IMG/VR virus record: IMGVR_UViG_2690316062_000005
Length of the DNA stretch: 44,255 nt
Reading direction: 5' to 3' (one strand)
Source of the DNA: a virus
Taxonomy: Duplodnaviria; Heunggongvirae; Uroviricota; Caudoviricetes
The notes under the pieces: generated by a model
Database searches by the model: none
Seen by the model: only the letters and a program-made list of their open reading frames with translations
Told to the model about the DNA's origin: nothing
Program-made: the position numbers and the translations under genes
Part shown: in pieces, positions 8,968-17,730 of the stretch
Position numbering within the stretch: the first letter of the stretch is position 1
Layout: each line of letters begins with the position of its first letter

Positions 8968-9651
8968 TTACAATCGGTTATACTTTATTGATTCATGAAT
9001 CAATGCCTTACCCATTACGTAGAGTTGATCCTGATTACCTTCGTTAATGTACCACTTCTCATAAGCTGAGTTATCAGACAAAACTGCCAACCTATCGCCC
9101 TGCATCTGCAAGCGCTTCACATGGAAATGTTGTCCGAAAACGAACGCATAAACACCGTCGACCTTGAAGTTTCTTACAGAAATATCGAAAAACAATCTGT
9201 CACCAGACTGTATAGTTGGACACATGCTGTCGCCATCGACCGTCATTACTTTTACGTCTTCCTGAGAACGATTTCCGAAGAGTGAACGAGCGTGTTCGGT
9301 TGTGAACTCAATGGCGTGTAGAACCTCAACAAACTCAGAAATCATGAAAGAACCTGGCCCCGCGCTAAATGTCAGGTCAAGTACGTCAACTCTGAATATG
9401 TTTGAGTCTTTTTTTGTCGCGGTAATGGGAGGCGGTAGCTGGCCATCGTTACGCATCGGTCCGGATCCCGTGGAAAGCCATTCAGGGCGAACATTGAGAA
9501 CAGAAGCTATCTCGACCGTTTTTCTTGAGCTTGATGCACCATTTAGCAGCTTGTTAACACTTGACTGTGCCATGCCAACTGCCTTAGCTAGCTTGCCCTG
9601 TGTATAACCCGCCTCATTCATTGCGCGATCTAATCGCTCAGAAAAACTCAT
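8968..9651 (-). CDS. cI: CI-like prophage repressor (HTH + S24/LexA-type autopeptidase domain)
   Basis: Start set at MSFSERLDRAMNEAGYTQGKLAKAVG (HTH); C-terminal GDSM (Ser) and HVKRL (Lys) dyad of S24 peptidases; divergent from cro with operators between. Confidence 0.85.
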   Translation of the reverse strand: MSFSERLDRAMNEAGYTQGKLAKAVGMAQSSVNKLLNGASSSRKTVEIASVLNVRPEWLSTGSGPMRNDGQLPPPITATKKDSNIFRVDVLDLTFSAGPGSFMISEFVEVLHAIEFTTEHARSLFGNRSQEDVKVMTVDGDSMCPTIQSGDRLFFDISVRNFKVDGVYAFVFGQHFHVKRLQMQGDRLAVLSDNSAYEKWYINEGNQDQLYVMGKALIHESIKYNRL

Positions 9652-9679
9652 TAAAGATACCCCCCTAATAACCTTCATA

Positions 9680-9760
9680 AATATTATCGCCACAGCGATT
9701 AATAAGCAAAAAATCGCATAGGCGATTGACATTCGTTAAAGCGATAAACATAATCAACCT
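9680..9760. promoter_or_regulatory. Immunity switch: two 14-bp palindromic operators with divergent pRM / pR promoters
   Basis: ATCGCCACAGCGAT (9686-9699) and ATCGCATAGGCGAT (9713-9726); pR -35 TTGACA (9726-9731) and -10 CATAAT (9749-9754), 17-bp spacer; pRM on minus strand -35 TTGCTT (9704-9709) and -10 TAATAT (9681-9686), 17-bp spacer. Confidence 0.55.
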
Positions 9761-9781
9761 AAATTGATAGAAGGAGCGATT

Positions 9782-10012
9782 ATGAAAAACCCTGCTGTAG
9801 AAAAAGCGATTGCAATCGCCGGTAGTCAGAAAGAGCTAGCGAAGCGATGTGGTAAGGCCCAATCCACGGTCTGTGACTGGTTAAATGGGAAAAAACAAAT
9901 CTCCCCGATCCATGTTCCTGTTTTGGTAAAGGCAAGCGAAGGACAGATTCAAGCTCATGAATTCCGTCCCGACCTTCCTGAATTGTTTCCGCATCCACAT
10001 TCAGCCGCCTGA
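9782..10012 (+). CDS. cro: Cro-like HTH regulator
   Basis: 76 aa from ATG with AGGAG RBS; HTH-like segment GSQKELAKRCGKAQSTVCDWLNG; divergent from cI. Confidence 0.6.
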   Translation: MKNPAVEKAIAIAGSQKELAKRCGKAQSTVCDWLNGKKQISPIHVPVLVKASEGQIQAHEFRPDLPELFPHPHSAA

Positions 10013-10043
10013 CCGGCGGCGCTAACCATCAAGGGAAAGCACT

Positions 10044-10583
10044 ATGCAATCACTTACGTTTTACCAGGATACAGGAGTACCGCAACAAGCGGTGATAAAT
10101 CGCGCTCAAACCTATAAGGGGCCGTGTCACGAAGATATTCGAAATGCCGTTCGTTCATGGGCGGGTGTAGATGGTCAGGATGTCGTTTCTGCTCTGATCG
10201 TCGAAGAGTACCGGGCGCAGGGTGGTTATGACATCACTTTCCCTGACGATCTCTGCCGAAAGCGGCAGAAGCTTTTCCGCTTCCTGGATAACCATTTCAA
10301 CAGCGAACGGTACCGTGAGAACGTTCGCCAGCTGACTCCGGCAATCCTGGCGGTCCTGCCGATTGAATACCGCAACCGTCTGCTACCAGAAGACAACGTT
10401 ATGGCCCGCCTGGCTCGGCTGGAGAAAGAAACCAGCGAAGCGAAGATTGCCGTCGCAATGGATGCGCCACGCCATCAAAAGCTGAAAGAGTTGAGCGAGG
10501 GGATCGTGGAGATGTATCGCGTTGACCCTGGGTTAACCGGTCCACTGATGGAGATGGTGCAGATGATGCTGGGGGCTATATGA
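10044..10583 (+). CDS. CII-like / YdaT-like early regulatory protein
   Basis: 179 aa immediately after cro and before O; family assignment by position and vague recall only. Confidence 0.4.
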   Translation: MQSLTFYQDTGVPQQAVINRAQTYKGPCHEDIRNAVRSWAGVDGQDVVSALIVEEYRAQGGYDITFPDDLCRKRQKLFRFLDNHFNSERYRENVRQLTPAILAVLPIEYRNRLLPEDNVMARLARLEKETSEAKIAVAMDAPRHQKLKELSEGIVEMYRVDPGLTGPLMEMVQMMLGAI

Positions 10584-10667
10584 CCGGTTCAAAAATGGCG
10601 AAAGCCGCGGTGCGCGAACACCAACGGCTTTCAGGTGCAAAAACAGTGCGTAATTGCGGAGAACAGT

Positions 10668-11576
10668 ATGTCAAACACCGCTGAAATAATCAATTTCCCA
10701 AATAAAACCGAACAACCGGGAGGTCGTATGGCCGACCTGTCGAACGGGTATACCAAGGTCGCTAACGAGATCCAACAGCTTAAGCCTCGCCTGAGACTGT
10801 CAGGCCGGGAATGGCAATGTTTTGAGGCGGTGATCTGGCTTACCTACGGCTGGAACAAGAAACAGGACCGCGTGACAAATACGGTTATTGCCGAGCTTAC
10901 GGGCCTGAGCGATACGCATGTATCGGACGCGCTTAAGTCTCTCGCAGAACGCAAAATCATCTTTTCACAGAAGCAGGGCATGATGAAAATCGTCGGTGTA
11001 AACACTGACCTTTCAGCATGGATTTTAGACAAACCGGAAACGGGAAGAAAATTCCCGAAAACGGGAAAATCCTTCCCGAAATCAGGAATAACCTTCCCGA
11101 AAACGGTAGACACCCAATACAAGAACAAGAACAGTATTAAAAGATCTTCGTCCGAGAATTCTGACGAATCCTCTGACGCACGTCTGAAGAAATTTTTATC
11201 AACTCATCCTGAAGCTGCGGTCTACACACCATCCGGTGCGAAGTGGGGCTCTGCTGAAGACCTCGAGACAGCTAAGTGGATTTCCTCCAGGGTGAAGCTG
11301 ATTAACCCAACCTGCAAAGCCCCGGACATGACCTCCTGGTCTAACACTGTTCGCCTGATGCGCCAGATAGACAACCGGTCGCACCAGGACATCTGCGCGC
11401 TGTATGACTGGGCTAGCAAACACCACTTCTGGCAGACCAACATCCTGAGTCCCGAAAGCCTGCGTAAGCAGTGGGACAAGCTGACAATGCAGCGTAACGC
11501 CGGAGGTGAGCAGCGCGCTGTCAAGCCAGATCTGGACTTCAACAACACTGACTGGGCCTATGGGGTGATCCGATGA
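10668..11576 (+). CDS. O: Replication initiation protein O (lambda O family)
   Basis: N-terminal O-like domain; internal FPKTGKSFPKSGITFPKT repeats encoded by ori iterons; GGAG RBS before ATG at 10668. Confidence 0.8.
   Translation: MSNTAEIINFPNKTEQPGGRMADLSNGYTKVANEIQQLKPRLRLSGREWQCFEAVIWLTYGWNKKQDRVTNTVIAELTGLSDTHVSDALKSLAERKIIFSQKQGMMKIVGVNTDLSAWILDKPETGRKFPKTGKSFPKSGITFPKTVDTQYKNKNSIKRSSSENSDESSDARLKKFLSTHPEAAVYTPSGAKWGSAEDLETAKWISSRVKLINPTCKAPDMTSWSNTVRLMRQIDNRSHQDICALYDWASKHHFWQTNILSPESLRKQWDKLTMQRNAGGEQRAVKPDLDFNNTDWAYGVIR
11031..11110 (+). repeat. ori-like iterons inside O gene
   Basis: TTCCCGAAA recurring at 11052, 11073 and 11094 (21-bp period) within partially palindromic units, followed by an AT-rich stretch (11101-11150), as in lambda ori. 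Confidence 0.6.
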
Positions 11577-12262
11577 AATCTCTTGCAGAGCAGGTGCGTA
11601 ACCACGACCGCGAGCAGATGAGCCGCATGGCCCATAACCTGCCAGAGCAGTACCAGGAGTGCGCGCCGGTCGAGCAGGTGGCGCAGGTATTCAACAAGCT
11701 GTTCAACGAGCTGCGCGCCGCGTTCCCGGCCAGCATGGCGAACTTCCGCACCCAGGAAGACCTGAACGAATTCCGCCGTCAGTGGCTGCTGGCGTTTCAG
11801 GAGAACGGGATCCACACCATGGCTCAGGTCGATGCCGGCATGCGCATTGCCCGCCGCCAGGAGCGCCCATTCCTGCCGTCGCCGGGCCAGTTTGTCGCCT
11901 GGTGCAAGCAGAGCGGCGGCGCGCTGGGCGTCAACGTTGACCAGGTGATCGCCGAATACTGGGACTGGCGTAACCGCTCGTTCGAATTCATCTCCAGCGA
12001 GCAATTTCCATGGTCGCAGCCGGTCATGTACCACATTTGCGTAGAATTGCGCCACCGCAGCACCGAGCGCCAGTTAACGCATGGTGAACTGGCACGCGAG
12101 GCAGGCGATCTGCTGGACATGTGGGAAAGGCGCGTCACCGAGGGTAAGCCAGTGCCGCCGGTACGCCGGGCTATTGCCGCACCAGCTGCCGAGCAAGGGC
12201 CGACGCCGATCCAGCTGCTGCTGGCCAAGTACAACCGCAACAAGTCGAACGGGATGGTGTGA
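11573..12262 (+). CDS. P: Replication protein P (helicase loader, lambda P family)
   Basis: 229 aa; ATGA overlap with O; sequence character and position of lambda P. Confidence 0.75.
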   Translation: MKSLAEQVRNHDREQMSRMAHNLPEQYQECAPVEQVAQVFNKLFNELRAAFPASMANFRTQEDLNEFRRQWLLAFQENGIHTMAQVDAGMRIARRQERPFLPSPGQFVAWCKQSGGALGVNVDQVIAEYWDWRNRSFEFISSEQFPWSQPVMYHICVELRHRSTERQLTHGELAREAGDLLDMWERRVTEGKPVPPVRRAIAAPAAEQGPTPIQLLLAKYNRNKSNGMV

Positions 12263-12263
12263 C

Positions 12264-12608
12264 ATGAACATAACAATCCGTGAGCAGGTGCTGGCAGCCC
12301 TGCGCAACAACCCAGGGTTGAACAACGCCAAACTGGCAGGGCTTATCGGCATGGACACCAAAAAGATATCCGGAACGGTGAGCACGCTGCTGGCAGACGG
12401 CCTGATCCGCTGCGAAGGAAAATACGGCCAGCGCCTTTACAGCCTGACCAGCTACGGAATGCGCTTCGCCCCTGACACGATACCTGGCATGAAGCAGGGT
12501 AAGTCGAAGTTAATTCAGCGGACGGACACAAACGTGATCTGCCAGGAGTTCCGCAACAGCGCGGCGATGAAGCGAGTATTGATGGTTTGGGGGAGGGCAG
12601 GGGTATGA
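12264..12608 (+). CDS. Hypothetical protein, probable winged-helix DNA-binding
   Basis: 114 aa from ATG at 12264, 1 nt after P stop; the longer ORF-track frame (12081) overlaps P and is unlikely. Confidence 0.5.
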   Translation: MNITIREQVLAALRNNPGLNNAKLAGLIGMDTKKISGTVSTLLADGLIRCEGKYGQRLYSLTSYGMRFAPDTIPGMKQGKSKLIQRTDTNVICQEFRNSAAMKRVLMVWGRAGV

Positions 12609-13111
12609 GCAATAAATACGAAGATCTGATTAAAAGCGCCAGGATGAATGCCGATTGTGGTGAGCACATGTCACCGGCAGAAGTTACGACTCTCCTTAAC
12701 GTGGTTGAAGCCAAGTGCGCGGCGCTGGCTGCGGAGTTGAGTGCAATTGAAGCAATTCACAATGACGCGGTGTTCATCACCGATGCTCATTACGATCAAT
12801 GCCATCCAGAAGTACAGAAGATTATCGGAGCTCTGGCTGTGCTGCAGATTCCTGCGTACCAGGCTTTCCTGGCTGAAGTGCGGGCGCAAGCCCACAAGGA
12901 AGGCGCTCACTTTGTTGCCAACCGAATGCTGGCTGCATGGGAGGCTGGGTTTATCGAAGACACAGCGAAGAACGCTGCGGACATCGCACGAATGATACTG
13001 ACCTCCACAGAGTTTATGGATGATGCGCCGGAAGGCGATTTCGATCGCTCGTTCGCTGATGGTGTACTCGAAGACATCGCCGCCCAGATTCGCAAGGGGG
13101 ACGCGCAATGA
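12605..13111 (+). CDS. Hypothetical phage early protein (Ea22-like by position)
   Basis: 168 aa; ATGA-type overlap with flanking genes. Confidence 0.45.
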   Translation: MSNKYEDLIKSARMNADCGEHMSPAEVTTLLNVVEAKCAALAAELSAIEAIHNDAVFITDAHYDQCHPEVQKIIGALAVLQIPAYQAFLAEVRAQAHKEGAHFVANRMLAAWEAGFIEDTAKNAADIARMILTSTEFMDDAPEGDFDRSFADGVLEDIAAQIRKGDAQ

Positions 13112-13557
13112 GCAACATCGACAAACAGGCGCTGCGCCTAACAGCAGAAAAGGCAAAAGATAACTTCATGCCGAACTTCATGGTACCAACTCGCGATTTA
13201 CTGGCGCTGCTGGATGAGCTGGAAGCCGCAGAGAAGCGCATAGCAGAACTTGAGGGGGGCGCATTCAATCCCGCAATTCTTGATGTGGTAGCCGAACGTC
13301 AGCGGCAACAGTCGGTTGAAGGATGGACTCCTGAACATGACAACGCATATCAAAATAGCGAATTAGCAGATGCAGCGGCTTGTTACGCAATTCATGCGCA
13401 CAACCAAGGTTTCTCCACTCCAGCACATTGGCCGTGGTCGCCTGATTGGTGGAAGCAATCAGGAGCACGCTGCGACTTGGTAAAAGCTGGCGCTCTTATT
13501 CTGGCAGAAATTGAACGCATTGACCGCGCCGCTGGCATTGGCGTGAAGGGGGAATGA
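13108..13557 (+). CDS. Hypothetical phage early protein
   Basis: 149 aa; N-terminal coiled-coil-like region; conserved-looking WPWSPDWWK segment; translationally coupled. Confidence 0.5.
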   Translation: MSNIDKQALRLTAEKAKDNFMPNFMVPTRDLLALLDELEAAEKRIAELEGGAFNPAILDVVAERQRQQSVEGWTPEHDNAYQNSELADAAACYAIHAHNQGFSTPAHWPWSPDWWKQSGARCDLVKAGALILAEIERIDRAAGIGVKGE

Positions 13558-13558
13558 G

Positions 13559-13762
13559 ATGTCAAAGTCACCAATGAAACTCATGCTACGGGCATGGAAC
13601 AAAGAGCTTAAAAATCCAGAATGGGGCATGGGCAATCGTAAACACCGCAAAGCTTGTGCTCGTGATTTTGCCGGAGCCAGCATAGAAACCGATGCTGATA
13701 TCCCTAACCAAGCCGAAGCAGATGACCGCCTGGCGGAAGAACTTACTTACTGGACGGACTAA
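13559..13762 (+). CDS. Hypothetical small protein
   Basis: 67 aa; GGGGGA RBS; in a tightly packed early gene string. Confidence 0.4.
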   Translation: MSKSPMKLMLRAWNKELKNPEWGMGNRKHRKACARDFAGASIETDADIPNQAEADDRLAEELTYWTD

Positions 13763-13765
13763 CCC

Positions 13766-14215
13766 ATGACAACTAACCACCCGGCGCACGGTCATGTATC
13801 ACTCGATCGCCTGCACCAGATACGCGAAATACTCAGCAACGCAGCAGCACAAAGCGACGGCGGTAATCTCGGCTACGCAATGGCTGATGCTGTGAAGGTG
13901 ATTGATGGAGTTCTGGAGTCGATGGCCCGTGAGCAAGTACGCCGTGAGCATGCTACATGGTCACAGGCTACTTTCGGCGATGTCGGTCCAGTTGGTCCGC
14001 TGAAGCACCTTTCCAAAGAAGCGCTCGAGGCGGCAGCTGAACCAAGTGACCTTACCGAATGGGCTGACATGCAATTCCTGTTATGGGATGCGCAACGTCG
14101 TGCCGGTATCAGTGATGAGCAGATTACCCTGGCGATGGTAGAAAAGTTGGCGGTTAACAAACAGCGCGAATGGCCTGAGCCGAAAGATGGTGAGCCGCGT
14201 CTGCACATCAAGTAG
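13766..14215 (+). CDS. Hypothetical phage protein (possibly MazG-like nucleotide pyrophosphohydrolase fold)
   Basis: 149 aa; EHATWSQATFG ... LKHLSKEALE ... EWADMQFLLWD resembles small all-alpha NTP pyrophosphohydrolase proteins of lambdoid phages; unverified. Confidence 0.4.
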   Translation: MTTNHPAHGHVSLDRLHQIREILSNAAAQSDGGNLGYAMADAVKVIDGVLESMAREQVRREHATWSQATFGDVGPVGPLKHLSKEALEAAAEPSDLTEWADMQFLLWDAQRRAGISDEQITLAMVEKLAVNKQREWPEPKDGEPRLHIK

Positions 14216-14268
14216 ACTCTTATGGATAATTGAACCCTAATTCATTATGAACATAATAAGGAGTCCTT

Positions 14269-14589
14269 ATGTCTTACATAATGCCTGAAAAAGGCCAAAT
14301 GAATGAATATGGAATTGAGGCTTTCGGGATCCCGCTTACCAGTAGGCATGGAGTTGCGATGGAACTGTCTCAAATGCTACGTTTTTCTTACTATGTAGCT
14401 TCAGTTGGGCTTGTAAAATGTATTGAAAGTGTCTTCTATGATTCAGGCTCTTGCTGCTGTAATTTTGAATTTATTCCCGGGTTTAATGAGTATTCGGAGG
14501 AGGCAGAAAAAATTAGACAGTGCGCGCTACGTTCGATTGGGCAATTTGAATGGTTCGGTATGATTGAACACGGCGACATCAACGGCTAA
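14269..14589 (+). CDS. Hypothetical protein (standalone AT-rich moron)
   Basis: 106 aa; AAGGAG RBS; unusual CCC cysteine triplet (GSCCCNFEF); followed by a terminator. Confidence 0.5.
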   Translation: MSYIMPEKGQMNEYGIEAFGIPLTSRHGVAMELSQMLRFSYYVASVGLVKCIESVFYDSGSCCCNFEFIPGFNEYSEEAEKIRQCALRSIGQFEWFGMIEHGDING

Positions 14590-14620
14590 GTGTTTAACTC
14601 CAATAGCAAACGAATAAAAG

Positions 14621-14641
14621 CCTCTAAGTTAGAGGTTTTTT
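14621..14641 (+). terminator. Putative intrinsic terminator
   Basis: Short hairpin CCTCT-AAGTT-AGAGG followed by TTTTTT. Confidence 0.45.
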
Positions 14642-14844
14642 ATGTCTGAAAGGTAGCATTACCAAGTCTATGGTTGCCTAGCTCAGTCAGGCTTGTATTT
14701 GGTTGCTTAGCAATCAACTCATGCGACATGAGCGGGATCTTTCTAATCATCATTTTCGGTAAATGATTTTGGTTGCTTGGTTGACAAAATCGAGAAAATG
14801 CGAAAATATATGGTTTACGAATTCCAAAAAAAGCGAAACTTGAA

Positions 14845-15495
14845 ATGAGCGACAACCAGTTAGCACCTTGTTGGGAATTTCAGCCTTACCTTGCTGAAAG
14901 CAATGTTCGTCAGTTGTTAGCGGAAATTGCTAATGTACTCGAGCAATTGTACTACCACAAACACACACTGGACAGTAACTGGTCCGAAGGTGTAAGGGCT
15001 TATGATTGGGTCAGAAATCATTTGATTCAAAGTGAAGGGACACTGCCGGGTCTGGAAATGGTTTCGAAGGGACTGGATTATGTGGTTGCGTTAAATAAAG
15101 TGCCGCTGCAGTTCTCCAAAGATTGCATTAATAACCCGAAGAAGAAGCATCGCCTTCTTCGAAATAGGGTGGAGCATGAGCAACTTTCATTGTTCGGTGA
15201 AACTGAAGCCGAGCAAGATATTACATGGCGGATCATCGCCGAACCATTTTTATCCGATGAAGAAGATGGCGAGCTGGAATCAACATTGCCTCGCTGGGAA
15301 GTGGCTTTAGTTGGGTTTAACGCATATGGTGCCCAGATCAGTATGGTTTCACACCAATCTACTGCTTCAGCGCCGCTTATGTCTCTTGATACCAACACTC
15401 TTCCGGATGAAGCTGAGATTGGCAAAGCCTCTCTTCGCCGCCGTAAAAAAGATCAAGATTTGGATGTGAGCAGTAATGGAACATCAAGTGAATGA
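14845..15495 (+). CDS. Hypothetical protein, unknown fold; candidate toxin/effector partner of downstream HTH-peptidase
   Basis: 216 aa; no motif I recognise; overlaps the downstream gene by 20 nt (out of frame). Confidence 0.55.
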   Translation: MSDNQLAPCWEFQPYLAESNVRQLLAEIANVLEQLYYHKHTLDSNWSEGVRAYDWVRNHLIQSEGTLPGLEMVSKGLDYVVALNKVPLQFSKDCINNPKKKHRLLRNRVEHEQLSLFGETEAEQDITWRIIAEPFLSDEEDGELESTLPRWEVALVGFNAYGAQISMVSHQSTASAPLMSLDTNTLPDEAEIGKASLRRRKKDQDLDVSSNGTSSE

Positions 15496-16579
15496 CTTTG
15501 CTGAGTATCGTGGGGATAAGCTCAAATTAGCCAGAATGGCTGTTGGGCTCTCCTGCGAAGAGTTAGCGGAGAAAATTGGTAAAACAAAACAATTCGTTAG
15601 CAAATTGGAAAAAGGGTTTAAACCATCAGAACAGTTGTTAGAATTAATCTCATCTGCGCTGATGATTAAATCTGATTTCCTATTTACTGAACGAAAATAT
15701 GCTTTAGAAAGCGATGTTTGCCATTTTCGGAGTAAAAAATCGAGAACCCAAACATTAACCAATAGTGTTCTGGCAAGGGCGGAGATTCTTAACATTATAA
15801 TCTCTGCCGTTGAGGGAGAAATCGAGTTTCCTGATGTTTTCATACCTGAGCACCCCGGTGCTGAATTGCTGACTCCAAATGATATTGAACGTGTAGCGGA
15901 AGACTGCAGAAGAGCATGGAACTTAGGGCTGGGACCTATATCCTCAATGGTCAAACTGGCTGAGAGTTTGGGGGTTATTGTTGCTCATGTGACAGGAGTG
16001 GATGACCGCGTAGATGCTTTTACTGTTCATAACAACAGGCCAGTAATCATCCGAAATAACGTCAAAAAGAGTATATGCAGATTCCGATCAGATTTAGGTC
16101 ACGAATTGGGGCACTTGGTTATGCACGAAGGTATAACCACAGGAGATAAAGTGACTGAATCGCAAGCGGATCGTTTTTCAAGCGCGTTGCTAGTTCCTCG
16201 ATTGTCCTTTATTAAAGAGTTTCCCCGTATACGAGGAAGACAGTTCGATTGGAACGCCCTAGTTGAGTTTAAGCTTCGGTGGAAGATTAGTCTTAAAATG
16301 TGCATTTACCGAGCAACAACTCTAGGCCTGCTGACGCAGGAGCAGGCAAGAACAGGTTATATGCATTTGAACTCTAAAGGATATACGAAAGTTGAACCAG
16401 GAGATGAATTTATTCGCCCGGAAGAACCGAGTATGTTAGCTGAGGCGATTGAAATGCTGGATGATGCAACATGGATGAGCATTCTCATGAAAACTGGTTT
16501 AAGCCAGGAGTTGGTTAGGGAGTTATTCTCGGTAAACCGCCCACTGTCAAATCCAAGAAATCTACTTCAACTGGTTTGA
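15476..16579 (+). CDS. XRE-family HTH fused to ImmA/IrrE-type zinc metallopeptidase (COG2856-like)
   Basis: 367 aa; N-terminal HTH (LARMAVGLSCEELAEKIGKTKQFVSKLEKG); HEXXH zinc-binding motif in DLGHELGHLVMHEG. Confidence 0.8.
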   Translation: MEHQVNDFAEYRGDKLKLARMAVGLSCEELAEKIGKTKQFVSKLEKGFKPSEQLLELISSALMIKSDFLFTERKYALESDVCHFRSKKSRTQTLTNSVLARAEILNIIISAVEGEIEFPDVFIPEHPGAELLTPNDIERVAEDCRRAWNLGLGPISSMVKLAESLGVIVAHVTGVDDRVDAFTVHNNRPVIIRNNVKKSICRFRSDLGHELGHLVMHEGITTGDKVTESQADRFSSALLVPRLSFIKEFPRIRGRQFDWNALVEFKLRWKISLKMCIYRATTLGLLTQEQARTGYMHLNSKGYTKVEPGDEFIRPEEPSMLAEAIEMLDDATWMSILMKTGLSQELVRELFSVNRPLSNPRNLLQLV

Positions 16580-16597
16580 CTCAAAGCTTGTAATAAA

Positions 16598-16618
16598 CCC
16601 GCTATATGCGGGTTTTTT
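16598..16618 (+). terminator. Intrinsic terminator
   Basis: CCCGC-TATAT-GCGGG hairpin followed by TTTTTT, 19 nt after the stop of the 367-aa gene. Confidence 0.65.
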
Positions 16619-16743
16619 CTTTCTGGTAGCGCGCTGTGGTAACGCTGTGCCTCCAGCGCTCGCTGAGGCGCTGGTGCGTGCTAATTTGCCGGAGCTTTGT
16701 CAGCAGAAACAAATAGCGGCGTAATAAAACATTGCTAATTCAA

Positions 16744-16762
16744 CCCGCTACGGCGGGTTTTT
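16744..16762 (+). terminator. Intrinsic terminator
   Basis: CCCGC-TACG-GCGGG hairpin followed by TTTTT. Confidence 0.6.
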
Positions 16763-16829
16763 CACTCTCTATTGTATATGCTATTTTTTATGCAATAAGA
16801 GCGATTAGTCGGACGCAACTGGGGAATGC

Positions 16830-17030
16830 ATGGATTCAACGAACGACGAAGAAAAACGTATAGAATTTGAAAAATTCATCATTGAAAGGTTTGGTGATGC
16901 AGTTGATCTCCGCAGAGCGAAAAATGGCGGTAATGGATATATATCATGGGAGGCGGCTGTAGCATGGATTGTCTGGCTGGAGCGTCCATTGCATCATAAA
17001 ACCAATTCGACAGGGGCTGAACCAGCCTGA
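16830..17030 (+). CDS. Hypothetical small protein
   Basis: 66 aa; GGGGAA RBS 5 nt before ATG. Confidence 0.4.
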   Translation: MDSTNDEEKRIEFEKFIIERFGDAVDLRRAKNGGNGYISWEAAVAWIVWLERPLHHKTNSTGAEPA

Positions 17031-17130
17031 TACTGCGGTTTTTTCTTGCATTGATTTTCCATTATCAACTGTACATAATGTCAGTGTCAGCCTGAACAAC
17101 TGACAACTTGATGCGCCACGGAGAGAAACC

Positions 17131-17730
17131 ATGGCGCACGAATTACAACTCATCAAGCAGTCCTCAGGAATCCTGATCCCCGCGACGCCGGAGACCAGCG
17201 ATATTCTGCAATCAAAAATCAAACTCGGAGCCGTACTGGTAGCCGAATTTCGTCAGGTGAGGAATCCAGCATTCCATCGCCGTTTCTTTGCGCTCCTGAA
17301 TCTCGGGTTTGAATACTGGGAACCCACCGGTGGGGCGATTTCTTCCAATGAACGTAAATTGGTGACCGGGTACGCTAAATTCCTCGCGGCATTTGGTGGA
17401 AACGAAGGCGCACTGCTGGATGCTGCCGAGCAGTATCTGGACCGTATCGCCGATAAGCGCGCCGGTAGTATCAGCATCTGCAAATCCTATGACGCATATC
17501 GTGCATGGGTGATCATCGAGTCTGGCCACTACGACGCCATACAGCTTCCCGACGGCACCCTTCGCAAACACCCCCGCAGCATTGCCTTTGCCAACATGGA
17601 CGAAACCGAGTTCCAGCAGCTGTACAAAGCCGCGCTCGATGTTCTGTGGCGCTGGGTATTGTCCCGGGCATTCAAGGACCAGCGTGAAGCGGAAAACGCC
17701 GCATCGCAGCTCATGAGCTTTGCGGGATGA
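17131..17730 (+). CDS. nin-region protein, YbcN-like (DUF1367-type)
   Basis: 199 aa; N-terminus MAHELQLIKQSSGILIPATPETSDILQ matches my recollection of YbcN-type proteins upstream of ybcO/rusA in lambdoid prophages. Confidence 0.5.
   Translation: MAHELQLIKQSSGILIPATPETSDILQSKIKLGAVLVAEFRQVRNPAFHRRFFALLNLGFEYWEPTGGAISSNERKLVTGYAKFLAAFGGNEGALLDAAEQYLDRIADKRAGSISICKSYDAYRAWVIIESGHYDAIQLPDGTLRKHPRSIAFANMDETEFQQLYKAALDVLWRWVLSRAFKDQREAENAASQLMSFAG

Noticed and set aside
11558-12385. Several minus-strand and alternative-frame ORFs across the P gene
   Set aside because: Overlap the replication P CDS; no start context; the plus-strand genes are translationally coupled and leave no room.
12081-12608. 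175-aa ORF-track model beginning inside the P gene
   Set aside because: The 5' part overlaps P in another frame; the ATG at 12264, 1 nt after the P stop, gives a compact coupled gene.
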